A DNA stretch of 64,000 nucleotides from Octopus sinensis. Taxonomy: Eukaryota. How positions within the stretch are numbered: the first letter of the stretch is position 1; each line of letters starts with the position of its first letter. This document shows, one piece after another, positions 13,072 to 26,224 of the stretch. Both the position numbers and the translations under genes were made by a program. The stretch is from the NCBI RefSeq assembly GCF_006345805.1, contig NC_043000.1, positions 132,060,001 to 132,124,000 of the forward strand. The letters are read 5' to 3'. Below the pieces are notes generated by a model. It was not told the origin of the DNA. It searched no databases and saw only the letters and a list, made by a program, of their open reading frames with translations.

Positions 13072-13270
13072 ATATATATATAAATCAGTAAATGGTAGGG
13101 TTGTGTTTTTATTAAAATGTTACTTTCAATTTAGCATTCTGCCTTAAAAATTTTTCCTGTCCTGTATGTATGTATGTATGTATGTATGTATGTATGTATG
13201 TATTGCATACAAAAATTAAATGGCATATCTGCTATTTTCAAGCACTAATCATTTCTCTTATATTTCTTTT

Positions 13271-13276
<6 letters not shown>
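12001..13276. repeat. ~1.28-kb fold-back (long inverted repeat whose arms include microsatellites)
   Basis: 12001-12080 is the reverse complement of 13196-13276 (2 mismatches). 12296-12380 is the reverse complement of 13081-13163 (~4 differences). Mirrored (TACA)n and (TA)n tracts flank a ~150-bp centre. Confidence 0.9.
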
Positions 13277-13299
<23 letters not shown>

Positions 13300-13304
<5 letters not shown>

Positions 13305-14671
13305 GTCATCCCATAAATAATGCGATTTTTTATACTTCTTTTATTTTTCAAAATTAAGATTAACAAAGTTCTTTTTATTTTACTTTTTTTAAAATCTAAA
13401 ATATACTCTCCTTCATTTTTTTTCAATGCTCTTCTATCTAGATGGTAGACTTGCAAGGCCCCTCTTCCAAAATTCACTTGTCCTTGACGAAAAATACTCC
13501 TCCAGTACTGTTCTGAGCTCGTCTACAGAATTCATATTTTCTCTGTCCAAATGATTTTAAAGACTTTTCTATTCTAGACACAAGGCTCGAAATTTTGGGG
13601 GAGTGGGCAGTCGATTAGATTGACCCTAGTACGCTACAGGTACTTTATTTATCGATCCCGAAAGGATGCAATGCAAAGCCGACCTCGGCGGAATTTGAAC
13701 TCAGAATGTAAAAACAGACGAAATACTGCTAAGCATTTCGCTCGGCGTGCTAAAACTGCGGAATAAATGATAATCAGATGGGGCAATGTCCGGCGAATAT
13801 GGTGGTTGGGGTATCGTTTCCCATTCAAACTGCGCAGTAGATCTCCTTTTTTATAGTTTAATTTGAGTTTAAAAGTTTCAAGTGGACTGAACGTTTCATA
13901 TCCTACCAAACTGATAACAACACCTTACGTGGGCGAAGACCTTCTTTAGCCTGGGATTCCGGTGTTTCTCCTTTCCCTACCTACTGTTTTCGGCGCTTGA
14001 CATCTTTCATAGAGAACCCATTTCTCGGCACCAGTTATTAAGTCCAAAAAGGTTCGTTCGTGAGACGTGACAGCAAAGAAGAGTACACATTCACTCCCTG
14101 CGCGCTATTAGACTCGGAAAGTAATGAGGAACCCATTGACCTAATTTGCTGACTGTTCTGGTAGCACGCAGGTGTCAATGAATGGTTGAATGACCAAATC
14201 CAAGCTCCTCTGCTAGTTCTTCAATAGTTACAATAGGATTTTGTTCCACAGGGGTTTGCAGGGCGTCCTGGTCGAGCTTTGGAGATCTTCCAGGGCGAAG
14301 CTAATCTTCTAGACTGTAGTTTCCGGCTCAGAATTTCTGGAACCACCGTTGTCACTGGCTTACGCTTATTGTCCGACCCCCATATACTGCATTAATATTC
14401 CTCGCACTTTTTGTTGCGTTGTTGCTATTATTGAACTCATAAAGCAAAATATGCCAAATATGCTCCTTTCTCACTTCCATTATAGCTTTGAAAAAATAAC
14501 TGTTAAAATCGAACTGCACTCTTCAAAAATTGCACTAAGAATAAGTCTTAAAAAAGGGAAAATTACAACCTGCTTTTATAACAAGTTGATGCTGATAGTT
14601 TATCCCGTCCCCTTCCGACTTTTCGTTCATGCAATTGGAAAAGCTGCATTATTTATTGAGATAACCCATTA
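13300..14671 (-). mobile_element. Degenerate mariner transposon with internal deletion and a nested SINE
   Basis: Minus-strand remnants read MEVRKEHIWHILLYEFN…, GQWVPHY, ITGAEKWVLYE, PYSPDIAPSDYHLFRS and …EEYFSSRTSEFWKRGL…GEYILD. TIRs are diverged, at about 13302 and 14669. A SINE-B copy interrupts it at about 13565-13755. Confidence 0.85.
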
Positions 14672-14758
14672 CATACATATATATATATATATATAGATAG
14701 ATAAAACTTACTTGGAGAAGGATGCGTGGCGCTCGATCATATAATAATAATAATAATA

Positions 14759-14822
<64 letters not shown>

Positions 14823-14834
14823 CGATGATGATGT

Positions 14835-15330
14835 AGTACCAGGCAGTGGCTCTCGTGGCTTCTGATTTTAACTGATTGGAAGTGTCATCATGTACATTGT
14901 TTTGTCTTGGTATAAAAGATGGGCTACAGCAAATATTCTGCTCAATACCACAGATTTGCTTGTCAGTTGTTTGACCTTAACCAGTTGAGCATGTCCCTTA
15001 GTGACTGACGATATGTGCATCTCTGATCACGGGCAGAAGTAGTGAGGGAACATCATAGACATGGGTGTTTCGTTCAATATCCTTAAACAACCCTTATTCA
15101 GGCACCTTTTGAACGGGATGGGTTACTCGACCAGAAGAAAATTCTAACTGGGCCCCTCATGCAAGGTCATGTGCTGTTTATCTTGATATGAGATCACCAT
15201 GTCGCGCACGTATGGTTGTGATGCATGTGCCTGGTGTACTCTTATCTGACGGGTAGTCATGATGGGTATACTGGGCTTCGTATATTTTACCCCAGTGTTA
15301 CTTTGATGGCATGCACTGCTCTCTCACTCA
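14835..15330. repeat. Interspersed repeat, unclassified; its right half recurs at 61870-62090
   Basis: Direct homology, e.g. ATCTTGATATGAGATCACCATGT…ATGGTTGTGA…CATGATGGGTATA…CCCCAGTGT.ACTTTGATG…CTCTCTCACTCA. Confidence 0.75.
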
Positions 15331-15404
15331 CAACTGTAATTATATATTATTGTTTTAATAATAATATATGCTCCAATTAGAGCGACTAAATCTAAGCCAC
15401 AAAA

Positions 15405-15435
<31 letters not shown>

Positions 15436-15517
15436 TGTATGTATGTATGTATGTATGTATGTATATGCATATGTGTAGTCACACACAAACACGTACACAC
15501 AAACAAGTGATTGTGCC

Positions 15518-15565
<48 letters not shown>

Positions 15566-15624
15566 AAGAGGAATTTCGATTATCCCCACGTGGTGAGTTG
15601 TAATGTATATAAGAAATTAAATTT

Positions 15625-15655
<31 letters not shown>

Positions 15656-16244
15656 ATATATATATATATATTTCTTTACTACCCACAAGGGGCTAAACAC
15701 AGAGGGGACAAACAAGGACAGACAAAGGGATTAAGTCGATTACATCGACCCCAGTGCGTAACTGGGTACTTAATTTATCGACCCTGAAAGGATGAAAGGC
15801 AAAGTCGACCTTGGCGGAATTTGAACCCGGAACGTAACGACAGACGAAATACGGCTATGCATTTCGCCCGGCGTGCTAACGTTTCTGCCAGTTCGACAGA
15901 TATATATATCATGTATTTGTATGTGGATGTGTGTCTGCGTGCGCGCATGTCAGCACTGTTGACATATGTTCAACGTATGGCATGGTCGAGTCTTTGGCAA
16001 CTAAATTGACCTACCACCAACCAGAGAAGCCGATAAGGCAGGTTGCTATAAGCCCAGCTGGACAAAACCAGTACTTCTCACAAGAACTAATGAACCAATT
16101 GTTGGTGTTAATGACTAAGCAATGCTAATGAGGACTTAGAAATTCCTAGTATTGTTTGGCACACTGTCAAATTTATTTACTCAAACTGTCAAATTTACTG
16201 GATGTAAAGAATACCTTAGCTTTCGTTAAAGTATGTCTCTAGGA

Positions 16245-16462
16245 CAGTGGTTTTCAACCAGGGTTCCGCGGAACCTTAGGGTTCCGCCAGTACAGTCCAG
16301 GGGTTCCGCAAGAAGTTACAAAACTGCTAAAATCGGCAGTAATTTTTAATTCTCCCGTGCAGATATGTGTGCATAAGACTATTAAATTATTGCACAGGGT
16401 TCCTCGAGCCAGTAGAATGTTTCCTTGGGGTTCTGCTCCAGCAAAAAGTTTGAAAAGCACTG
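16245..16462. mobile_element. hAT (Charlie-like) MITE
   Basis: TIRs CAGTGGTTTTCAA / TTGAAAAGCACTG with a perfect 8-bp TSD CTCTAGGA on both sides. Confidence 0.9.
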
Positions 16463-16829
16463 CTCTAGGAAGTTACTCTGGTGATAAACCCGTTGAGCAG
16501 TGAATTGCCTTCACCGTTCGGCGGATGTTTATGAGGTTTATGAAATTCATAACGTTTCTACTCACTTTCTGAAACCCGATCTTATTGTATGTGTGCGCGC
16601 GTGTATGTAAATATATGCTTACTGTTAATCTGTTGGCTCAGGCACTAGCCTAGACAACTGTTAGTTTTGGGGGAGGCGAGATTTTTGGGGTCTTTTTGTG
16701 CATTTTTTTCTTTTTAAACATTGTTAAGATCAATTCGCTTGATGCCACCTGTATACAGAAGTCCTAACTTACTACACTTGTACTAATGAAACGAAATGGA
16801 GTCAAGAGAAGCAGAACAACCATTTGGAG

Positions 16830-16965
16830 AAGACAAAGCAGTCAAGACAAGCTGTGCTATTCGTTGTGTTTATGTTGTCCACCACAGCAACTTGGACTGT
16901 TTTTATCTGCGCTTACTTATCCACATTAAATGCCGACGTTATTTGCGGATTTTCGATGTTTTGCA
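16830..16965 (+). mobile_element. Possible degenerate Helitron Rep/helicase fragment
   Basis: Translation VVHHSNLDCFYLRLLIHI resembles the Helitron '..ECFYLRLLL' motif. It is short and no termini were found. Confidence 0.45.
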
Positions 16966-17269
16966 GTGGTGTGCACAATACCAAAAAGATGAAGACGATA
17001 AAACGATGGAGAAACGAATCGGACACAGGAGCCAAAAGCAGATACTCAAGAGGCCTGTTAGATAAGATAGTTATTTGCTATTATGCTCACATCCAGTGAA
17101 ACTGATCGACTCTTCTTCGGGATGAGTACAAAATCAATATCAGGCAATTTCATGAAACAAGCCAGAAAATAGATTGAAAATGTGTACATTGAATTTTGTC
17201 TCGAAATCTACAACCAATCTGTCTGTGACGTATCCTGTTAACTAACTGGGGAATTCCAGGCCAGATAAA

Positions 17270-18010
17270 GAAATCAAAGGAGCATATAACGGTTAAGATT
17301 GATTAGGTACACAATATTATGAAATATCGGAGTCAGCAGTTGTAACGATAAAAATTTGTTGTTATAACGGCATGTTGTAGGGTGTGAAAGATGAACAACG
17401 CATGAAGTTTTAAGGAAATATTTATTTACCGTCACGTTACAATACCTTGCCTCGACGGACAGGTTATGATAAAAGTCGTAAAGTATTCGAAGTAAAGTTT
17501 GTGTTTGTGTTCTCTTCATTGTTTAGTAGTAATTACAGAGAGAGATAGAATGATGTTGTGATGGAACAGAATTAGAGCTCGTGGGACTTGTAGGGTTGTG
17601 GGCCGTTGTTTCACAGTTACTGACAGTAAACTTCAATTCTCCCTCTGACAAAGGTTCTAGCTGGTCAGCCAGACTTCGTTCTCATTGAGTTGTCACTAGA
17701 GTGACTAAACTGGTTGAGTCGTCACCAAGTGACTGAACTATCTTTTTGCTTGGGGTTAGACATATCGTTGAGAACAATGGGCTTCGTTGGTGGTACTGTG
17801 ATATCTCCATTCTAGCTTTTGGTGAAGTAGAAGAGGTTATAAGGGTCAAGTGGGGAAGACATTATTTCGGCCTAGCTAAAGGCAATCTGGCGAATGTAAA
17901 GCTGCTGTCACTGAAAAGCTATTGTTTTACGGTGAGAAAAGTTCTGTTGAACTGTTATTAAATTTGGCTAAGGTGGATCGAATCCACTTCATGCCTGCAA
18001 GATCCTACAA
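17270..18010 (-). repeat. Unclassified ~0.75-kb interspersed repeat; second copy at 53727-54480 (+)
   Basis: Colinear shared blocks such as GGATCTTGCAGGCATGAA.TGGATTCGATCCACC, AACCTCTTCTACTTCACCAAAAGCTAGAAT and ACGGTAAATAAATATTT. Confidence 0.75.
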
Positions 18011-20217
18011 GCACAAGAAGTCTTTCTGGAAACCACCCACGATATTCAAGCCTCGGATAAGTTTGAGGGTGAATGAACTTTCAGTTGGTGAATGACCAAA
18101 AGCATGTATGACATCATTCTGAAAAAGTACTGAAAATGACAAAGGTTTTAGTTTGTTGTGACCCTAGGCAGCACAATGTAGACCTTCTTTACAAAACTCA
18201 TGCTAGCTAAAGTTCGCCAAAACCAGCGTATTACCTTTGCAGTGGAATCAAGTGACATTGTCGTAAAGCTTCTGGAAGAAGGAGATGCCATCTAGAAAAA
18301 CTACATAAATTGTTGCTTTATGCAGCTATTGACGCGCAATCAGAAGATATCAACTAAGCTAAATGTATCTGGTGGAGCTGTCAAAAAAAAAAGCTTTGTT
18401 TCGATTCTTGATAAGAATGCTGAAATACAGTGGCGGTTCGTAGATAAAATTAGTTGGGTGCTGCTTCAGAAAATTTTTAGCCGTTGTTTTAATATTGTGT
18501 AAAAGGAAACAAACATATAAAAAGAAAATTTATACATAAACTTGATCGGTTCGCATTTTAACCACTGCCAGGTGGTGCATTTAATTTGTTCACTGAACAC
18601 CGCCAGGAATTACCCCTTGTTTTTCAAAAATCCCCCCTAAATCACAAAATAAGTGGGGAAAATGTGCCCTATTTTTCAAATTCTAGCAATAACACTGAAG
18701 CTGAAAGCAGGATAATAATCTAATTCTACACTTTGTCACATTCAAGAATATAAACATGTTTTTAAGCACAACACACTCGGAGTCAAAAAGAAACACTTCC
18801 TTTCACCGGCATACCGGGATCGGTACTGCGTGAACGACAGAGCTCTCTCTCCCTAGTGTGAAGCTTCCTATTTCGGACACGTGAGCATGCGCACAACAGC
18901 AAAACACCGCGTCTCTGGAACTGTGAAGTGCACAGTTCTATGCAAGAATTTTTGTACTTTTTTTTTCATAAACTAGGGAATGGCTACTGACATTAAACTT
19001 AAAGATTAAATAATGTACAAGTATAAAGAAAGAATTAAAGAAAATAGGACTCATTATATTGAATGTTATCGATGGTATCAAGTGGAAATAGGGGGTGCTG
19101 CGGTTCCGCAATGCCTATACATGAGTTACCACTACTGAAATAGCACTCAGAAGCATCACACTTATCAATAACAGAATTTTGGCGGAAACTCTGCTACAAC
19201 AGTCATGAGGCATTATTCCCCAGTCAAAGACTGACCATCTTAGCTTATAAACTTTTGAGCAGAGATTACAAACCCAGAAAATAATGGAAGAACAGTGAAT
19301 GCAAGGGCACATGAAACTACAGAACAAACATCACAGAGGAGAAAATGACAGATGAAAGTTAATGCAAGGGAGCTTGAAATTCTTGAGCAAGAAACTGAAA
19401 GAAGATCCATCAATTTAAAAGCTCTTCGAAATAAGAGTTCAAAATGTTATTTCAAATGTCAAATTTTGCTTCAAATTTCAAATGTTATTTCAAGGGGTAT
19501 TTCAAATAAAGGATTCAAATTCAAACGTCCAAAATCTAGTGCAAAGATTTAGTAAAAGATAAGGATTTAAAGCAGCTCAAAAACGAATTCGAAGTTCAGT
19601 TTAAATTTTTTTGTAACGGACAAATAGTGTTTGCGGTTTGCGTAAACGGCATATGTGAGCCAGCACTGTATCTCAAATATAACCTGCTTTATTTTTTAAA
19701 AGGGGGGATATTTTAAATCACACATTTACATAAATGTGAAGAGGTTCACTACATGGATAGATGATTTGTTGCTTATGTACCCCGATTCTATCTATTAATT
19801 ATATTCCTATTTGACTGATAAAACACATAAGTTGGATAATATCTATAGTCTCAGCTGGTCACGCTTGAGAATCCAGGAGCTAAGTGTAATGACGGTTGCT
19901 TCTGATAGGACTTTACCCTTACAACCCTCTCAGGAATAAAGAAGATGGGCGGATGGGGGGGGGACTTGAATGCATTTCCTACGGCACAGAAGGAATTCCC
20001 ATTTGGAAATCATTAAACTTTTCTGTCCACAGGCGACGTGCTTTCTTTATCGCTCCGTATAAGAAAATTATTTTTGTTTATTACTGTTGATTATTTTGTT
20101 ATGGAAGCGACCATTCGCATAGAGAACGTGTCGTTTGTTTTTGCATTCTTTAAGGGGTCTCATTTGTTGAGTTTTGATTTTTCAAATTTTAGTTAGAAAA
20201 TTCACCCCTCTCTCCTC

Positions 20218-20302
20218 AAAATTTTCGTTGCGTTTTGCAACCTTTTCAATAGTTTTGACTCTCAAAACTATTGAAAAGGTTGCAAGACGCAACGAAAATT
20301 TT
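20218..20302. repeat. 85-bp near-perfect hairpin
   Basis: 41-bp arms, one mismatch (T:G) and a 3-nt loop CTC. Confidence 0.9.
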
Positions 20303-20698
20303 AGGAAAATAAAAATAAGAAAAAAGTGAACATTTTACCGGTGAATGTGTTTATATTATAAGGCACAAAAAGAAAATGACTCTCCCCAGACACAACAGAA
20401 TATGCTTCAACACACGAACTCATATAAAGAATCTTGCAAACCAAATCCAAAAACGAAATACATTGTTTTTTATTTTATTTTTACCGTTTATTTCTTTTTG
20501 TCACTGAAATGAGGCCATGCTGGGGCACCGCCTTAGAGGGTTTAGTCGATTAAATGAACTCCAGCACTTATTCTTTTAAGTCTGGGACCTATTCTATCGG
20601 TTTTTCTCCCGAACCGCTAAGTTGCAGGGATGTATACTATTCGACACGTTTGTCAAGCGGTGATGGAACACACACACACACACACATATATATATACA

Positions 20699-20748
<50 letters not shown>

Positions 20749-21099
20749 TTTATATACGGGCTTCCACACAGTTTCTATCTACCAAATCCACTTTTTTTAG
20801 TCATTGGTCAACTCGGAGCTAAGGTAGAAAAGACTCTTTTTGCACAGTAGAACCGAACCTAAAACCATGTAGCGGCGAAGCGAACTTCCGAACCACACAG
20901 ATGTGCCTGAGCCTATGGAATTAATTGTTAATAAGAGGCAAATCACAAAAGCTTTTAATAATGCGCTGTGTTGTAGTCGAAATTGCTATCAAAATACACT
21001 TTGGGCGCCATCGACTTGTCGGATCGGCGTATAAGGAATGGTGGAAACGCAGTAGGTATTGTACGTGTGTTTGCCTGTAGAAGAAATTTGGGGAAATGA

Positions 21100-21277
21100 C
21101 GACGACGATGATGATGTTGATGATGAAATGATGATGATGATGAAATGATGATAATGATTAATATGACGACAAGAATGATGATGATTATGATGAAGATGAT
21201 GGTGATATGACGACTACGATGACGACAATGACGACGATGATGATGATCATGATGATGACGGCGATGATAATGACGAC

Positions 21278-21331
<54 letters not shown>

Positions 21332-21750
21332 ATGATGATAATGATTAATATGACAAGAATGATGATGATGATGATTATGATGAAGATGATGATGACGACA
21401 ACGACGACGATGATAATGATGACGACGACGACGATGATGAAATGATTATGATTAATATGACGACAAGAATGATGATGATGATGATGATAACGACTACGAC
21501 GACGACAACGACGATGATGATGATGATGATGATGATTATGATGAAATGATGATAATGATTAATATGACGACAAGAATGATGATGATGATGATGATAACGA
21601 CTACGACGACGACAACGACGATGATGATGATGATGACGACGATGATAATGATGACGACGATGATGTTGATGATGAGAATGGTAATGATGACGACGGCGAT
21701 GATGTCGAACTTCGGCAGTGTTGTTGATGACGACGACGACGACGATGATA
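21100..21750. repeat. Compound (GAT/GAC)n trinucleotide array with higher-order unit
   Basis: Marker GAAATGAT.ATAATGATTAATATGAC(GAC)AAGAATGATG recurs at about 21145, 21330, 21440 and 21545. Confidence 0.9.
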
Positions 21751-21930
21751 ACGCTTGAAAAGCCCTGTGCAACAAGTAATTGTAACCAAAAGAAAATGCC
21801 AGTTCAATTCGGAAGCATTAACAAGTTGATTCGAGATATAAACAATGAATTAAGTTCCACCTGCGTTAGCAATTACTTCAGTTGAAGAAATACTAATTAC
21901 TGGCACCTGGAAGCATTTTTGTAAAATGTA

Positions 21931-21976
<46 letters not shown>

Positions 21977-22027
21977 CGTGCGGTGTGGTGTATGTGTGTG
22001 TGTATGTGTGTGTGTGTGTGTGTGTGC

Positions 22028-22069
<42 letters not shown>

Positions 22070-23885
22070 AGTGCGACGAAGGGAGACCGGGAAAAGATAG
22101 GTGGAGAAAGATCGAGATAGAAACGGAGAATGAGATGGTTGTGTACCGCCAAAGGTGTGCATCATAAATCTATTTTCCCTTCAAAAGCAATTAACTTCTC
22201 AACCACTTAGAAAAGGAATAATAGTCGTTTCCGCTATTGTCATCATCATAACCATCATCATTATGAATTTACATTTGTCATAATGACGTAGCGGGGAGTA
22301 TTCGGGACGCGCGCTGTGCACAAGGCGGCCATTTTATAAACTTTTTGTCAAAGGTACGTTACATTTAAGGAAAGAGATGGCTAATTTGTTACTAAAAAAG
22401 ATGACCAAAATCCAAGCCACTCAGTCCCCATCATTGTTGCACACATAAGCAGCGAGTTGGTTGATTCGTAAAGTCGTCGGGGGAAACGCTTTACGGCTTT
22501 CGTTCTGGATCCTTATGTTCTGAGTTCAAATTCAACCGAGGTCGACCTTGCCTTTCATTCTTTCGGAGTTAATAAAATAAGTACCAGTTGAGTACTGGAA
22601 TCGATGTAATCAACTAACCCCTTCTCCACAAAATTTCAGGCCTTATACCTATAATAGTAAAGATTGCTGTTGCATATACATAGGTGGCGAGTTGATAGAC
22701 TTGTTAGGGTGTTAGAAAAAATGCATGCAGGCATTTTTGTATGGAGGTAGTAGTAGATAGGCCTATGATCTAAGGCATTCAAGCAACAACCTAAGCATTT
22801 GGTATTTACAGTAAGCAATATATTGCCTTATACAACGGTAGTACGACCTCAGGAAGATTTGGTTAATGTTTCTAACAGGTCTAGAGACCACATAGACGCT
22901 TCCCTTGTATCATGGACACGTTTATCTCAACTTATGGTACGTGATTAACACTAAGCATTAGCTTCTGTTAACTTAACTCACTTATCCCCTACTCCTTAAA
23001 AAAACTTATCACTAACGCCTCTGCCTCTTTATAGTAACTAGACAATACAAAAATAGGAAAATTCAAAGTTATCTTCAGCGACCTAACATTAATTTCGGTG
23101 AGGGTTTATCGCGACCAGATAGAAGGTTTGGACAGTAAATTTGCATTGTGTTAATTTTTATTTCTCTTTCACGCGAAATCTTTTCTTACACAGCAGGGAT
23201 TCTTTGCTGTCGGTGACTGTGTAATCACAGTTAATTTTGGAAACGGAAGCTATGTCCGCTCTAAGCGAACAGACTGGCTAATTGACAAGTCTAATTGGTA
23301 GTAGTAAGTTAAGTAAATAGACAAAACTAAAGCGTTACCGAAGACGACGACGACGACGATGATGCGAAAGGCGTGATGAGGAACGGAGATGAGAAGGACG
23401 TGACTATAGTGACGACAAAATCGATCAAAAGAAAAAGAACTCAATAAGGAAGTCTCTACACTGTCACTCAACCTGAAAAACATAAGTCAAATTTCCCTCA
23501 AATCACATACTTTGCTATCTTACAAAGAAAAAAGAAAGAAAAGAAAAGAAAACAAGAGATATTTTAGGTAATCAAAGTAACAATAAAGTTGGTGCTACTA
23601 TAAATAATATAGTTAAGCCAAGAAATTTAATTGATTAAAATTACATCCTCAGTGATGAGGACAATAATTATACAAAAGATAAATTATAATAAAATGAACA
23701 AGGGGATGAAGTCTGACCTTTAGCATTATGGTAAAGTTTCTGGATACGTTTCAGTTTTATTGTAAGCCTAGTACTTATTCTATCGTTCTCTTTTGCCGAA
23801 CCGCTAAGTTACGGGGAAGTAAACACACCAGCATCGGTTGTCAAGCGATGTTGGGGGACAAACACACACAAACGTACACACACAC

Positions 23886-23950
<65 letters not shown>

Positions 23951-25373
23951 CATATATACGCCAGGCTTCTTTCAGTTTCCGTCTACCAAGTCCACTCACA
24001 AGGCTTTGGTTGGCCCGAGGCTATAGTAGAAGACACTTGCCCAAGGTGCTACGCAGTGGGACTGAACCTGGAACCATGTGGTTCGTAAGCAACCTACTTA
24101 CCACACAGCCACTCCTACGCCTATGGAAGATTATTTATCAATTAGATAACGGTTTGTCTTACTACATCATATCAAGTATATTAGTGCTTATTTTATTAAA
24201 TTTTTGAGCAGTATATGCCTTGGGTTCCCCACCCCCAGTCGTTCTTTTAAGATATAACACAACTCTGTTCATCCACAAAAATGCTATATATCTCTCTCAT
24301 CATTATAAAGTCTGCAATAATGGTTAGACCCTGCTTTGTTGATGAGGTTTAATAAGACTGAAATAAAACTTGGTGTTGTTACCATACTATTATTAAACTT
24401 ACTCCTCAAGGGCATTCTATATAAAATTAATTTTAATTGATTGAAATTTTATAGTAATCTCTCATTTTTTTCCACAGCTTTTTGACCAAAATTACTTATA
24501 TAAAAAAAGGATCGTTTACTTTATTAATAATGCAATTTTAATTACATCACTAATGATGGAATAGCTTGGTTTTCTACTTTAAGCAGGTTATGGTTTCCCG
24601 GTATTTTCCCATATTATTCTCTTTATTAAATAGTGTAGACCTAGAAAACTATATCATGGGCTTAACAGATGTGGTAGTTACAGTTTAAAAACCTTTGGTT
24701 ACAGGTTTTCTGAATCAGAGTTTACATGGGCAACAGCAAAACAACTCAAAGAGAAAATACGATTTTATCAAAGTGCTAAGGGACGAAAGATAACCAGGGA
24801 AGTGTTGCCAATTGATCAGTTTGAAATGAAATGATTCTGGTGTAGCTGAAAAATTCTTTTATATTCAACCGATCTACTGAAATAAGAACTTACTAACTGG
24901 TTGTTATTTGTCCGTTTTGTATTTTCCTTTTTATTATTATTTAGGCGGAAATTAGATTTATATTTTGATTTCTCTTTGCTTTGTATTGGCAAAATCAATA
25001 TTAGGAAGAGAATTGGCACAGAGCGCAAGGTATTTAGCTACGTACATTTTGAGTTAAGATACCGCCAAGGTGAGCTATATCTTACATCCGTCTGATCTCT
25101 ATAAAAAGAGTCTCAGCTGAATTCTGGTTTGATCTCATCGACTCTACCCTACCCACAAATTTAATAGTCAAGTTGTTAGCCTCATATTTAATGCAGTGAA
25201 AGAAAAACATATAATCAGTCTTATAATAAATGCCGTTGTGTATTACCATATACAGACAAAAATACACACACGTATACACGTATACATACATACATACATA
25301 CAAACATACATACGGACTGACTGACAGACGGACATGTATGTATGTATGCATGTATGTATACTTTAAGACACCC

Positions 25374-25615
25374 ACTCTTTTACTTGTTTCAGTCATTTGA
25401 CTGTGGCCATGCTGGAGCACCGCCTTTAGTCGAGCAAATCGACCCCAGGACTTATTTTTTGTAAACCCAGTATCGGTCTCTTTTGCCGATCTGCTAATTT
25501 GTGGGGACGTAAACACACCAGCATCGGTTGTCAAGCGATGTTGGGGGGGGGGACAAACATAGACACAGAAACATACACACACACACATGCATGCATACAT
25601 ACATACATACATACA

Positions 25616-25647
<32 letters not shown>

Positions 25648-25811
25648 CGACAGGCTTCTTTCAGTTTCCGTCTACCAAATCCATTCACAAGGCTTTGGTC
25701 GGCCCGAGGCTATAGTAGAAGACACTTGCCCAAGGTGCCACACAGTGGGACAAAACCCAGAATCATGTGGTTGGTAAGCAAGCTACTTACCACACAGCCA
25801 CTCCTACGCCT
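25374..25811 (-). mobile_element. SINE family A, full-length copy
   Basis: Both ends are present, with an internal (TACA)n tract. Confidence 0.85.
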
Positions 25812-26224
25812 GCTGTTGAGACTCATCATGAAAAAGAGAATATAATGAAAGAATGACAAAGAAGACGGTGATCAGACTTTTGTATTTATTCAGACTTAGA
25901 ACAAAAATAAATGGATAACAAAAAGGGAACAAAGGAAAGAGCATCGCATAGTTATCGTAATGAAACGACAAAAGAAAAAAATTCAAGGACAGATATCAGA
26001 AAGATTGTCACAAAGAATTCAACTATCAAGGCCCGAAATTTTGGGGAAAGGGGCCAGTCGATTAGATCAACTATCAATGAAATATTGAATTGAGAAATGT
26101 TATACTTCTCTCCAAGATGGTTCAATGCGAGTCAATATAACATGTAAATATCTGTGTATAAAAATTTACGTAGTTTTGTATTTTAACCTTTCTTTGTTCT
26201 CATATCAATACATCTAAGTACGAT

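Noticed and set aside
13565-13755. Recurring GTCGAC..GCCTTTCATCCTTTCGGGGTCG motifs resembling a CRISPR-like or regularly spaced repeat
   Set aside because: They are dispersed SINE-B modules with no constant repeat-spacer periodicity, in a eukaryotic context.
15931-16128. 65-aa ORF in non-repetitive-looking sequence
   Set aside because: No recognisable domain or exon boundaries.
18700-19670. Possible hAT transposase dimerisation-domain remnant with CAGTG-type ends
   Set aside because: Too degenerate to pair TIRs or read a convincing motif by eye.
23728-24207. Recurrent ORFs such as 'QASFSFRLP…RGYSRRHLPK' at several loci
   Set aside because: These are reading frames of SINE family A, not a gene family.
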